A stretch of 64,000 nucleotides of DNA from Eledone cirrhosa (GCA_964016885.1 OZ024765.1:1674001-1738000); one strand, 5' to 3'. Positions 27,655-42,215 are shown, numbered from the stretch's first letter. Made by a program: numbers and translations. Notes: generated from the letters alone by a model not told the origin.

Positions 27655-28533
27655 ATGTTATGTGAGATATTATGTGAGGTAAAGCCTTTACTGTGAAAAT
27701 ATAATAGTATATATAGAGTAATGTAAATGTTATGTGAGATATTATGTGAGGTAAAGCCTTTACTGTGAAAATACAATAGTATATATAGAGTAATGTAAAT
27801 GTCATGTGAGATATTATGTGAGGTAAAGTCTTTACTGTGAAAATACAATAGTATATATAGAGTAATGTAAATGCTATGTGAGATATTATGTGAGGTAAAG
27901 CCTTTACTGTGAAAATACAATAGTATATATAGAGTAATGTAAATGTCATGTGAGATATTATGTGAGGTAAAGTCTTTACTGTGAAAATACAATAGTATAT
28001 ATAGAGTAATGTAAATGCTATGTGAGATATTATGTGAGGTAAAGCCTTTACTGTGAAAATACAATAGTATATATAGAGTAATGTAAATGTCATGTGAGAT
28101 ATTATGTGAGGTAAAGCCTTTAATGTGAAAATATAATAGTATATATAGAGTAATGTAAATGTTATGTGAGATATTATGTGAGGTAAAGCCTTTACTGTGA
28201 AAATACAATAGTATATATAGAGTAATGTAAATGTCATGTGAGATATTATGTGAGGTAAAGCCTTTAATGTGAAAATATAATAGTATATATAGAGTAATGT
28301 AAATGTTATGTGAGATATTATGTGAGGTAAAGCCTTTAATGTGAAAATACAATAGTATATATAGAGTAATGTAAATGTCATGTGAGATATTATGTGAGGT
28401 AAAGCCTTTAATGTGAAAATATAATAGTATATATAGAGTAATGTAAATGTCATGTGAGATATTATGTGAGGTAAAGCCTTTAATGTGAAAATATAATAGT
28501 ATATATAGAGTAATGTAAATGCTAAAGGGTTAA
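27655..28533. repeat. Same tandem array, right of the LINE, ending in a MITE terminal inverted repeat
   Basis: Same unit; terminates in aatgctaaaGGG-TTAA (GGG 28527-28529, TTAA 28530-28533). Confidence 0.93.
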
Positions 28534-28859
28534 AGAGTCATGTTATGGTGTGCTGTGTGCTTTGGTGGTGTCATCTTTCACCATCTGAACTGTTTTACTT
28601 TCTTGAGAAACATTTTGAATATGTCATGAATGAGAAAGGATATATAGAATGTCTTCTGATAGTGATGAAAATGACACTCCTTGGAAGAAAAATCTGAAAT
28701 TCACTTTCTATGAAAGAAAAGTTGCCTCAAAATTATTGAATGTTGAGAATTTTCATCCTGGCTGGAATTGAGTAAAAGAATGCAAGTAAAAGCTACTGTA
28801 AATTGTACGATTCTGAGATAACTGGTATCTTATGTCAAACATTGGGGCAGGAAGATTTG

Positions 28860-31800
28860 TAAAAGCCAAACTGGCTGTCTTCAATTCAGTGTTTGTGTCA
28901 ATCCATACCTTGGGATCATAGATCTTGGGTAATTACCGAAAGAATACGATCGCGAATACAAGTGGCTGAAATGGGGTTCCTCTGAAGAATCTTTGGAGTA
29001 ACATTACTTGATAAAGTGTATAGCTCAGAGATCAGAGAGTCACTGCAAGTAGAGCTGCTACTTTTCTGAATTGAGAGACCACAGCTCTGATACTACAGAC
29101 ATGTGGTTAGAATGTCTCAGGAAAGAATCTCTGGATTGAGAGATCACAGCTCTGATACTACAGACATGTGGTTAGAATGTCTCAGGAAAGAATCTCCAAA
29201 TTGAGAGATCACAGCTCTGATACTACAGACATGTGGTTAGAATGTCTCAGGAAAGAATCTCTGGATTGAGAGATCACAGCTCTGATACTACAGACATGTG
29301 GTTAGAATGTCTCAGGAAAGAATCTCTGAATTGAGAGATCACAGCTCTGATACTACAGACATGTGGTTAGAATGTCTCAGGAAAGAACCTCTGAATTGAG
29401 AGATCACAGCTCTGATACTACAGACATGTGGTTAGAATGTCTCAGGAAAGAATCTCTGGATTGAGAGATCACAGCTCTGATACTACAGACATGTGGTTAG
29501 AATGTCTCAGGAAAGAACCTCTGAATTGAGAGATCACAGCTCTGATACTACAGACATGTGGTTAGAATGTCTCAGGAAAGAATCTCTGAATTGAGAGACC
29601 ACAGCTCTGATACTACAGACATGTGGTTAGAATGTCTCAGGAAAGAATCTCTGGCTTGAGAGATCACAGCTCTGATACTACAGACATGTGGTTAGAATGT
29701 CTCAGGAAAGAATCTCTGAATTGAGAGACCACAGCTCTGATACTACAGACATGTGGTTAGAATATCTCAGGAAAGAATCTCTGAATTGAGAGACCACAGC
29801 TCTGATACCACAGACATGTGGTTAGAATATCTCAGGAAAGAATCTCTGAATTGAGAGACCACAGCTCTGATACTACAGACATGTGGATAGAATATCTCAG
29901 GAAAGAATCTCTGAATTGAGAGACCACAGCTCTGATACTACAGACATGTGGTTAGAATGTCTCAGGAAAGAATCTCTGAATTGAGAGACCACAGCTCTGA
30001 TACCACAGACATGTGGTTAGAATATCTCAGGAAAGAATCTCTGAATTGAGAGACCACAGCTCTGATACTACAGACATGTGGTTAGAATATCTCAGGAAAG
30101 AATCTCTGAATTGAGAGACCACAGCTCTGATACTACAGACATGTGGTTAGAATATCTCAGGAAAGAATCTCTGAATTGAGAGACCACAGCTCTGATACTA
30201 CAGACATGTGGTTAGAATGTCTCAGGAAAGAATCTCTGAATTGAGAGACCACAGCTCTGATACTACAGACATGTGGTTTGAATATCTCAGGAAAGAATCT
30301 CTGAATTGAGAGATCACAGCTCTGATACTACAGACATGTGGTTAGAATGTCTCAGGAAAGAATCTCTGAATTGAGAGACCACAGCTCTGATACTACAGAC
30401 ATGTGGTTAGAATGTCTCAGGAAAGAATCTCTGAATTGAGAGACCACAGCTCTGATACTACAGACATGTGGTTAGAATATCTCAGGAAAGAATCTCTGAA
30501 TTGAGAGACCACAGCTCTGATACTACAGACATGTGGTTAGAATGTCTCAGGAAAGAATCTCTGAATTGAGAGACCACAGCTCTGATACTACAGACATGTG
30601 GTTAGAATGTCTCAGGAAAGAATCTCTGAATTGAGAGACCACAGCTCTGATACTACAGACATGTGGTTAGAATGTCTCAGGAAAGAATCTCTGAATTGAG
30701 AGATCACAGCTCTGATACTACAGACATTTGGTTAGAATATCTCAGGAAAGAATCTCTGAATTGAGAGACCACAGCTCTGATACTACAGACATGTGGTTAG
30801 AATGTCTCAGGAAAGAATCTCTGAATTGAGAGATCACAGCTCTGATACTACAGACATGTGGTTAGAATGTCTCAGGAAAGAATCTCTGAATTGAGAGACC
30901 ACAGCTCTGATACTACAGACATGTGGTTAGAATGTCTCAGGAAAGAATCTCTGAATTGAGAGACCACAGCTCTGATACTACAGACATGTGGTTAGAATAT
31001 CTCAGGAAAGAATCTCTGAATTGAGAGACCACAGCTCTGATACTACAGACATGTGGTTAGAATATCTCAGGAAAGAATCTCTGAATTGAGAGATCACAGC
31101 TCTGATACTACAGACATGTGGTTAAAATGTCTCAGGAAAGAATCTCTGAATTGAGAGACCACAGCTCTGATACTACAGACATGTGGTTAGAATGTCTCAG
31201 GAAAGAATCTCTGAATTGAGAGATCACAGCTCTGATACTACAGACATGTGGTTAGAATGTCTCAGGAAAGAATCTCTGAATTGAGAGACCACAGCTCTGA
31301 TACTACAGACATGTGGTTAGAATATCTCAGGAAAGAATCTCTGAATTGAGAGATCACAGCTCTGATACTACAGACATGTGGTTAGAATATCTCAGGAAAG
31401 AATCTCTGAATTGAGAGATCACAGCTCTGATACTACAGACATGTGGTTAGAATATCTCAGGAAAGAATCTCTGAATTGAGAGACCACAGCTCTGATACTA
31501 CAGACATGTGGTTAGAATATCTCAGGAAAGAATCTCTGAATTGAGAGACCACAGCTCTGATACTACAGACATGTGGTTAGAATATCTCAGGAAAGAATCT
31601 CTGAATTGAGAGACCACAGCTCTGATACTACAGACATGTGGTTAGAATATCTCAGGAAAGAATCTCTGAATTGAGAGATCACAGCTCTGATACTACAGAC
31701 ATGTGGTTAAAATGTCTCAGGAAAGAATCTCTGAATTGAGAGACCACAGCTCTGATACTACAGACATGTGGTTAGAATGTCTCAGGAAAGAATCTCTGAA

Positions 31801-34800
31801 TTGAGAGATCACAGCTCTGATACTACAGACATGTGGTTAGAATATCTCAGGAAAGAATCTCTGAATTGAGAGATCACAGCTCTGATACTACAGACATGTG
31901 GTTAGAATATCTCAGGAAAGAATCTCTGAATTGAGAGACCACAGCTCTGATACTACAGACATGTGGTTAGAATATCTCAGGAAAGAATCTCTGAATTGAG
32001 AGACCACAGCTCTGATACTACAGACATGTGGTTAGAATATCTCAGGAAAGAATCTCTGAATTGAGAGACCACAGCTCTGATACTACAGACATGTGGTTAG
32101 AATATCTCAGGAAAGAATCTCTGAATTGAGAGATCACAGCTCTGATACTACAGACATGTGGTTAAAATGTCTCAGGAAAGAATCTCTGAATTGAGAGACC
32201 ACAGCTCTGATACTACAGACATGTGGTTAGAATGTCTCAGGAAAGAATCTCTGAATTGAGAGATCACAGCTCTGATACTACAGACATGTGGTTAGAATGT
32301 CTCAGGAAAGAATCTCTGAATTGAGAGATCACAGCTCTGATACTACAGACATGTGGTTAAAATGTCTCAGGAAAGAATCTCTGAATTGAGAGACCACAGC
32401 TCTGATACTACAGACATGTGGTTAGAATGTCTCAGGAAAGAATCTCTGAATTGAGAGACCACAGCTCTGATACTACAGACATGTGGTTAGAATATCTCAG
32501 GAAAGAATCTCTGAATTGAGAGACCACAGCTCTGATACTACAGACATGTGGTTAGAATATCTCAGGAAAGAATCTCTGAATTGAGAGATCACAGCTCTGA
32601 TACTACAGACATGTGGTTAAAATGTCTCAGGAAAGAATCTCTGAATTGAGAGACCACAGCTCTGATACTACAGACATGTGGTTAGAATGTCTCAGGAAAG
32701 AATCTCTGAATTGAGAGATCACAGCTCTGATACTACAGACATGTGGTTAGAATGTCTCAGGAAAGAATCTCTGAATTGAGAGATCACAGCTCTGATACTA
32801 CAGACATGTGGTTAGAATGTCTCAGGAAAGAATCTCTGAATTGAGAGATCACAGCTCTGATACTACAGACATGTGGTTAAAATGTCTCAGGAAAGAATCT
32901 CTGAATTGAGAGATCACAGCTCTGATACTACAGACATGTGGTTAGAATATCTCAGGAAAGAATCTATGGATTAAGAGATCACAGCTCTGATACTACAGAC
33001 ATTTGGTTAGAATGTCTCAGGAAAGAATCTCTGAATTGAGAGACCACAGCTCTGATACTACAGACATGTGGTTAGAATGTCTCAGGAAAGAATCACTAAA
33101 TTGAGAGATCACAGCTCTGATACTACAGACATGTGGTTAAAATGTCTCAGGAAAGAATCTCTGAATTGAGAGATCACAGCTCTGATACTACAGACATGTG
33201 GTTAGAATATCTCAGGAAAGAATCTCTGAATTGAGAGATCACAGCTCTGATACTACAGACATGTGGTTAGAATATCTCAGGAAAGAATCTCTGAATTGAG
33301 AGACCACAGCTCTGATACTACAGACATGTGGTTAGAATATCTCAGGAAAGAATCTCTGAATTGAGAGACCACAGCTCTGATACTACAGACATGTGGTTAG
33401 AATATCTCAGGAAAGAATCTCTGAATTGAGAGACCACAGCTCTGATACTACAGACATGTGGTTAGAATATCTCAGGAAAGAATCTCTGAATTGAGAGATC
33501 ACAGCTCTGATACTACAGACATGTGGTTAAAATGTCTCAGGAAAGAATCTCTGAATTGAGAGACCACAGCTCTGATACTACAGACATGTGGTTAGAATGT
33601 CTCAGGAAAGAATCTCTGAATTGAGAGATCACAGCTCTGATACTACAGACATGTGGTTAGAATGTCTCAGGAAAGAATCTCTGAATTGAGAGATCACAGC
33701 TCTGATACTACAGACATGTGGTTAAAATGTCTCAGGAAAGAATCTCTGAATTGAGAGACCACAGCTCTGATACTACAGACATGTGGTTAGAATGTCTCAG
33801 GAAAGAATCTCTGAATTGAGAGACCACAGCTCTGATACTACAGACATGTGGTTAGAATATCTCAGGAAAGAATCTCTGAATTGAGAGACCACAGCTCTGA
33901 TACTACAGACATGTGGTTAGAATATCTCAGGAAAGAATCTCTGAATTGAGAGATCACAGCTCTGATACTACAGACATGTGGTTAAAATGTCTCAGGAAAG
34001 AATCTCTGAATTGAGAGACCACAGCTCTGATACTACAGACATGTGGTTAGAATGTCTCAGGAAAGAATCTCTGAATTGAGAGATCACAGCTCTGATACTA
34101 CAGACATGTGGTTAGAATGTCTCAGGAAAGAATCTCTGAATTGAGAGATCACAGCTCTGATACTACAGACATGTGGTTAGAATGTCTCAGGAAAGAATCT
34201 CTGAATTGAGAGATCACAGCTCTGATACTACAGACATGTGGTTAAAATGTCTCAGGAAAGAATCTCTGAATTGAGAGATCACAGCTCTGATACTACAGAC
34301 ATGTGGTTAGAATATCTCAGGAAAGAATCTATGGATTAAGAGATCACAGCTCTGATACTACAGACATTTGGTTAGAATGTCTCAGGAAAGAATCTCTGAA
34401 TTGAGAGACCACAGCTCTGATACTACAGACATGTGGTTAGAATGTCTCAGGAAAGAATCACTAAATTGAGAGATCACAGCTCTGATACTACAGACATGTG
34501 GTTAAAATGTCTCAGGAAAGAATCTCTGAATTGAGAGATCACAGCTCTGATACTACAGACATGTGGTTAAAATGTCTCAGGAAAGAATCTCTGAATTGAG
34601 AGACCACAGCTCTGATACTACAGACATGTGGTTAGAATGTCTCAGGAAAGAATCTCTGAATTGAGAGATCACAGCTCTGATACTACAGACATGTTGTTAG
34701 AATGTCTCAGGAAAGAATCTCTGAATTGAGAGACCACAGCTCTGATACTACAGACATGTGGTTAGAATGTCTCAGGAAAGAATCTCTGAATTGAGAGATC

Positions 34801-35402
34801 ACAGCTCTGATACTACAGACATGTGGTTAGAATGTCTCAGGAAAGAATCTCTGGAAAGAATCTCTGAATTGAGAGATCACAGCTCTGATACTACAGACAT
34901 GTGGTTAGAATGTCTCAGGAAAGAATCTCTGAATTGAGAGACCACAGCTCTGATACTACAGACATGTGGTTAGAATGTCTCAGGAAAGAATCTCTGAATT
35001 GAGAGACCACAGCTCTGATACTACAGACATGTGGTTAGAATATCTCAGGAAAGAATCTCTGAATTGAGAGATCACAGCTCTGATACTACAGACATGTGGT
35101 TAGAATATCTCAGGAAAGAATCTCTGAATTGAGAGACCACAGCTCTGATACTACAGACATGTGGTTAGAATGTCTCAGGAAAGAATCTCTGAATTGAGAG
35201 ATCACAGCTCTGATACTACAGACATGTGGTTAGAATGTCTCAGCTGGAGGCCCAGGCGTAGACCTCCATGTGCTTGGCTAGTCTCGCTTGGGGATCCAGC
35301 TATATCAGTTGGAGACGGTTGCCTCTGACAGGACCAGCTGGAAGGTGTGTTTGAGGATTCTTCTCCCATGACCCTCCCAGAAATAAATGGGCGAAGAAGA
35401 AG
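28860..35402 (+). mobile_element. Decayed RTE (Rex3/Expander-like) LINE 3' region hosting the 65-bp satellite
   Basis: Before the array: KAKLAVFNSVFV...WVITERIRSRIQVAEMGFL*RIFGVTLLDKVYSSEIRESLQVELLLF*IERPQL*YYRHVVRMSQER. After it: RLGIQLYQLETVASDRTSWKVCLRILLP*PSQK* and a gaagaagaag tail. Confidence 0.82.
29065..35243. repeat. 65-bp satellite (about 95 units, about 6.2 kb)
   Basis: Unit ttgagagaycacagctctgatactacagacatgtggttagaatrtctcaggaaagaatctctgaa. Confidence 0.97.
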
Positions 35403-35960
35403 TATGACCACTTTACAGGGTGGACTGGGTGCTTTTTGTGATGGCAGCAGTATGACCACCTTACAGGGTGGACTGGGTGCTTTTTGTGATGGCAGCAGTA
35501 TGACCACTTTACAGGGTGGACTGGGTGCTTTTTGTGATGGCAGCAGTATGACCACTTTACAGGGTGGACTGGGTGCTTTTTGTGATGGCAGCAGTATGAC
35601 CACTTTACAGGGTGGACTGGGTGCTTTTTGTGATGGCAGCAGTATGGCCACTTTACAGGGTGGACTGGGTGCTTTTTGTGATGATATCACTATGACCACT
35701 TTACAGGGTGGACTGGGTGCTTTTTGTGATGGCAGCAGTATGACCACTTTACAGGGTGGACTGGGTGCTTTTTGTGATGGCAGCAGTATGACCACTTTAC
35801 AGGGTGGACTGGGTGCTTTTTGTGATGGCAGCAGTATGACCACTTTACAGGGTGGACTGGGTGCTTTTTGTGATGGCAGCAGTATGACCACTTTACAGGG
35901 TGGACTGGGTGCTTTTCATTGTGTCACCAGTATGGCTACTTTACAGGATGGACTGGGTAC
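35402..35960. repeat. 48-bp minisatellite derived from SINE A internal segment
   Basis: Unit gtatgaccactttacagggtggactgggtgctttttgtgatggcagca, about 11 units. Confidence 0.9.
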
Positions 35961-36341
35961 TTACATACATACACACATACATATATGTACAGAAAAACAC
36001 AGACACACACACACACACACACACAGAACAAACTTCTCTCTAGTGGTTCTGCTTACTAATTGGTCACCCCACCCCCTCACCAACCCGTCTCAGCTGATTT
36101 GTGACGTCAGGAGGGGGGGGGGGGGAGATTGTGGACATTCCATTGGTTACTCCACCCCAGAAAACTATGTTCTCACACACACATATATACACACATAATT
36201 GTACATGTATATATATATATATATATATATACACACCTAGTTCTACATATATACACACATACACACACATAATTGTACATAATCACGCACCCACACACAC
36301 ATATATATATATATATACACACATACACATTGTGCTACATG

Positions 36342-36376
<35 letters not shown>

Positions 36377-36552
36377 GCACTCAGACATATATATATATAT
36401 ATATACACATATAGTTGTACATACATACATATATATATATATATACACATACACATTGTGCTACATGCACACACACATATATATATATACACACATACAG
36501 TGGTACATACACATATATATATATATACACACATACAGTTGTACATACACAC

Positions 36553-36583
<31 letters not shown>

Positions 36584-36611
36584 TATATATATTACATATA
36601 CAGTTGTACAT

Positions 36612-36644
<33 letters not shown>

Positions 36645-36661
36645 CACATACAGTTGTACAT

Positions 36662-36709
<48 letters not shown>

Positions 36710-37318
36710 AGTTGTACATACACACACATATATATATATATATACACATACAGTTGTACATACACACATATATATATATATATACACACATACAGTTGTA
36801 CATACACACACATATATATATATATACACACATGCAACATAAATACATATATATTTCCTCCTACACACCTAGTTCTGAGTGTGTTAACCTGATTATACTA
36901 CATTATAATCCCTCCGAGGTTAACTTTGCCTTACTGGGTCGATAAAATAAAGTACCAGTAATGCACTGGGGTAATTGCTGGCCTTGTGCCAAAAGTAGAA
37001 ACAATTATTATTATATAATTGTTTCTACTTTAGGCACAAGGCCAGCAATTACCCAGTGTATTACTGGTACTTTATTTTATCGACCCCGTAAGGATGAAAG
37101 GCAAAGTTAACCCTGCAGGAATTTATATATACACATAGTTTAATATAGAAATGGCTTCTACAGGACTAGAACTGTTTCATGCTTACGAACTGATGATTTC
37201 TTACAAATGAAACAGTTCTAGTCCTGTAGAAGCCATTTCTATATTAAATTATGTATATATTCTACTAATGTATTGAATACTTCACTTACTGTGGTTACCC
37301 TCGATTGAACCTGGGGCT

Positions 37319-37352
<34 letters not shown>

Positions 37353-37604
37353 ATGTAGGGTCTCCCACAGGAGCACTGAGTGCAGTGTCAACTCTGGATG
37401 TCGGTGAGCATGTCCAGCTAACCTCAGTTTCCTCTGTGTCACTTTTGAGCTGACTTTTGGGAGGCTCCCATACAGCTCTGAGTTTTTCATATATATGTAT
37501 ATTCATATATATATTTATATATATATATATACATATATATATATGTGTGTATATTTATATATATATATATATGTATATTTATATATATATATATATGTAT
37601 ATTC

Positions 37605-37643
<39 letters not shown>

Positions 37644-37895
37644 TGTATATTTATATATATATATATATGTATATATATGTATATTTATATATATATATAT
37701 GTATACAGAGGTTATATTTAATTTGTTGGGATTCAACAAGCTTAAAAATGTTTATAACTGATATAAAGCATTCAACAAGTTAGTGGAGTAAATATACAAT
37801 ATATTAATATATATATATTTGTATATATATAAATATATATATATGTATATATACTATATATTAATAAATGGAAACTATATCTATAAAACCATATT

Positions 37896-37961
37896 TATTT
37901 TATTGTATATATTTCAAGGACAACCCAGGCAAATCATGGTGCGCTTTCATCAGATAAAATA
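37896..37961 (-). ncRNA. Type I hammerhead ribozyme motif (variant, U16.1 changed to C)
   Basis: - strand: tattttat CTGATGA aag..ctt GAAA tatata CA ataaaata; perfect 8-bp stem I and palindromic stem III, but the cleavage-site U is a C. Confidence 0.65.
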
Positions 37962-38029
37962 CAGATTTATTTTATAAATAAATATTGACATACCTGGAAA
38001 AAAAGACAACCTCAATAGTTGGAGCTTCC

Positions 38030-38097
<68 letters not shown>

Positions 38098-38329
38098 AAT
38101 GGAGTGTAGGACAGATATTGTTTTCAATAAAAGGAAACTAAGAGTGTGTGTGTGTTATGTTGTGGGTAGGTGTATGTGTATATATATATGTATGTGTGTA
38201 TATATGTTTGTGTGTATATGTATTTATGTCTGTATGTGTATATATGTGTGTATATATTTATGTTATGTGTATATATATATGTGCATATGAATGTATATAT
38301 ATATATATGTGTGTGTGTATGTGTGTATA

Positions 38330-38643
38330 TCATCATTTCATTTTACGTCCGCTTTTTCCCTGCTTGCAAGGGTGGGACGGGAACTGATTTTGGCTTGATT
38401 TCTACAGCTGGATGCCCTTCCTAACACTAACCTCATTTACAGTGAGTACTGGGTGCTTTTTTGCCGTGGCACCTCCACGACCACTTTGCAGTGGAATGAT
38501 ATGGACCCCAGTCCCTATCATCTCATTTCTACAGCTGAGTAAACTGGAGCAATGTGAAATAAAGTGTCTTGCTCAAGGAAACAACACATCACCCGGTCTG
38601 AGAATTGAACTCACAACCTTTCGATTGCAAGGCCAATTCTCTA

Positions 38644-38645
<2 letters not shown>
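38330..38645 (-). mobile_element. SINE family A copy
   Basis: Near-identical to the copies at 43597-43926, 44607-44825 and 56915-57300. Confidence 0.85.
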
Positions 38646-38677
<32 letters not shown>

Positions 38678-40029
38678 ATGGTGTTGTATACATGTACCAA
38701 CATGTATGATCATTGGGTTAGAGAGAACAGAAAGATTACCACCACCACCACCACCACCACCACCATCACTATCACCACCACCATCACTATCACCACCACC
38801 ATCACTATCACCACCACCATCACTATCACCACCACTACCACCACCAACACTATCATCATCACCACCACCATCATCATCACCACTATCACCACCACCACTA
38901 CACACCACTACCATCACCACCACTACCACCACCACCACCACCACCAACACACACACATGTACACTCCCCCAACTCACACTCGCATACATGCAGATATACT
39001 TTTATTCACACACATATATATACACACACACACATATATACATACACATACATGCATGTATATATACACACACACATATACATACACACACACATACATA
39101 CATACACACACATGTATATATATACACACACACATATATACATACACACACACATGTATATACACACTGTTCCTGCATTATGTGCAGCAATGCATAACTT
39201 TTACCTCCTCATATCCCCCCTCTCCCCCTCTTCTCCCCCTCACACCCGCATACCCCCCCCTCTTCTCCCCCCCCCCCTTTCTCACTCTCCCCCTCCTCCT
39301 AACATTGAATTCGTTGAAAAATACTTCATTCACAACTATCAGGTGTCTAACACGGACCACATTACAGAGTGTACTGGGTGGTCGTTTATCATGAGTTGGT
39401 ACACTATGGAGGGTGTCAACTCCTTCACACAACTGAAGGGGTCCTCAACACCCCTTTATTTGGCAGGTTTTCTATGGCTGGATATCTCTCCCTATCACCA
39501 ACCACTTTACAGAGTGTACTGGGTGCTTTAACACTAGGGCAATTCTCAACTCCTTCACACAACTGAATCGGTCCTCAACACCCCTTTATTTGGCAGGTTT
39601 TCTACGGCTGGTTGCCCTTTCTATCACTAACCACTTTACAGAGTGTACTGGGTGCTTTTATCATGTAAACCACCAACCTAGGTTAACTCTCATGTCCTCG
39701 ACACAACTAAAAGGTCCTCCTAACAATTTTTTGGCAGGTTTTCTACGGCTGGGTGCCCTTCCTATCAACCACCACTTTACAGAGTGTACTGGGTGTGTTT
39801 ATCATGTTGATCACCAGCACCAAAGAGGTACTTCTGCCCTTGATATAACTGAAGAGTGCAATCGACCCTTTCGTTGGCAGGTTTTCCACACATCGGCTCT
39901 CTCTCTATATTTATGTATGTGTGTGTATATATGTATGTATGTATGTCTATATTCTCTTCCTATCTTCCATGCTAGCATGGGTTACATGGGAATTGTCCCA
40001 CTTGAGGCAATATATATATGTATGTATGC

Positions 40030-40068
<39 letters not shown>

Positions 40069-40547
40069 AACGAGTAGGACCCCGACGGCTGAGCTCAAGC
40101 CGTTTCGACGGCTAATTCTGGACTAAATTTAGTCCAGAATTAGCCGTCAAAACGGCTTGAGCTCAGCCGTGGGGGTCCTACTCGTTCCTATTACCCACTC
40201 TACTACCCTAAGTATTGAGTACTTTGGTGCGTTTTGGTCCATCTGGTTCCTTACCACATTTCCTTCGTTATATATATATAAGTACAGATTAAAGTTTAAT
40301 CACCCTTTATGGGATCTTTATATATACAATCCTTATCGAGCCCTCTTCGGATTTCAGTCTTTGCATTTATTGTGTGTATATATATATATATATATATCTC
40401 ATCATCATCGTTTAACGTCCATCTTCCACGCTAGAATGGGTTAGAAGGTTTTGTTCCATTTGATGCGGAGGCTGTCTTGCTCACGCGGAAGGGTCTCTGG
40501 CAGGTTTTTTTTACAATTGGATGCCCTTCCTAACACCAACCATATTT

Positions 40548-41482
40548 AGTGTGGACTGGGAGCCTTTTCACCATGTCTCTTACTTGGCCACCTTCCAGCG
40601 TGGACTGGGAGCCTTTTTACTGTGTCTCCTACATGGCCACCTTACAGTGTGGACTGGGAGCCTTTTTACTGTGTCTCCTACATGGCCACCTTACAGTGTG
40701 GACTGGGAGCCTCTTTACTGTGTCTCCTACATGGCCACCTTACAGCGTGGACTGGGAGCCTCTTTACTGTGTCTCCTACATGGCCACCTTACAGTGTGGA
40801 CTCGGAGCCTCTTTACTGTGTCTCCTACATGGCCACCTTACAGTGTTGGCTGGGAGCCTCTTTACCGTGTCTCCTACATGGCCACCTTACAGCGTGGACT
40901 GGGAGCCTTTTCACCATGTCTCCTACATGGCCACCTTACAGTGTTGGCTGGGAGCCTCTTTACTGTGTCTCCTACATGGCCACCTTACAGCGTGGACTAG
41001 GAGCCTCTTTACTGTGTCTCCTACATGACCACCTTACAGTGTGGACTGGGAGCCTTTTTACTGTCTCCTACAAGACCACCTTACAGTGTGGACTGGGAGC
41101 CTTTTTACTGTCTCCTACATGGCCACCTTACAGTGTGGACTGGGAGCCTTTTTACTGTCTCCTACATGACCACCTTACAGTGTGGACTTGGAGCCTCTTT
41201 ACTGTGTCTCCTACATGGTCACTTTACAGTGTGGAGTGGGAGCTTTTTACTGTGTCTCCTACATGGCCACCTTACAACATGGACTGGGAGCCTTTTTACT
41301 GTGTCTGCTACATGGCCACCTTACAGTGTGGACTGGGAGCCTTTTTACTGTGTCTCCTACATGGCCACCTTACAGTGTGGACTGGGAGCCTTTTTACTGT
41401 GTCTCCTACATGGCCACCTTACAGTGTGGACTGGGAGCCTTTTTACTGTGTCTCCTACACAACCTCTTTACAGTGTGGACTG
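40548..41482. repeat. 47-49-bp minisatellite derived from SINE A internal segment
   Basis: Unit cttacagtgtggactgggagcctttttactgtgtctcctacatggccac, preceded by SINE body at 40400-40545. Confidence 0.9.
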
Positions 41483-41567
41483 TAGGTAGGGTAGGGTGTG
41501 GCGGTGGGGTGTACATTGAGTTGAGAGGTGCCTACTGACTGTAGGCTTGTATCCGGACCATTCTACT

Positions 41568-41627
<60 letters not shown>

Positions 41628-41755
41628 TATGCATATATATTTCCTTGCTTGCATGGATTGGGCAACTTATATTTAGTGATTATGTGTAAGTTAGCCTTGA
41701 CATAATTTGACTGGCTGTCAGTCTGTCTGTCTGTCACACTATTTTATATCTGAAC

Positions 41756-42028
<273 letters not shown>

Positions 42029-42174
42029 TATATATAATTTTGGGATTACCCTGGTATATGTGCCAGAGACATTTCTGTATGAGCGAGACACGCTCTGCCG
42101 ACCATTGCAGCATCAAGTGGGACAAAACCGTCTAACCCATGCTAGCGCGGATGATGGCCGTTAAACTATGATGA

Positions 42175-42215
<41 letters not shown>

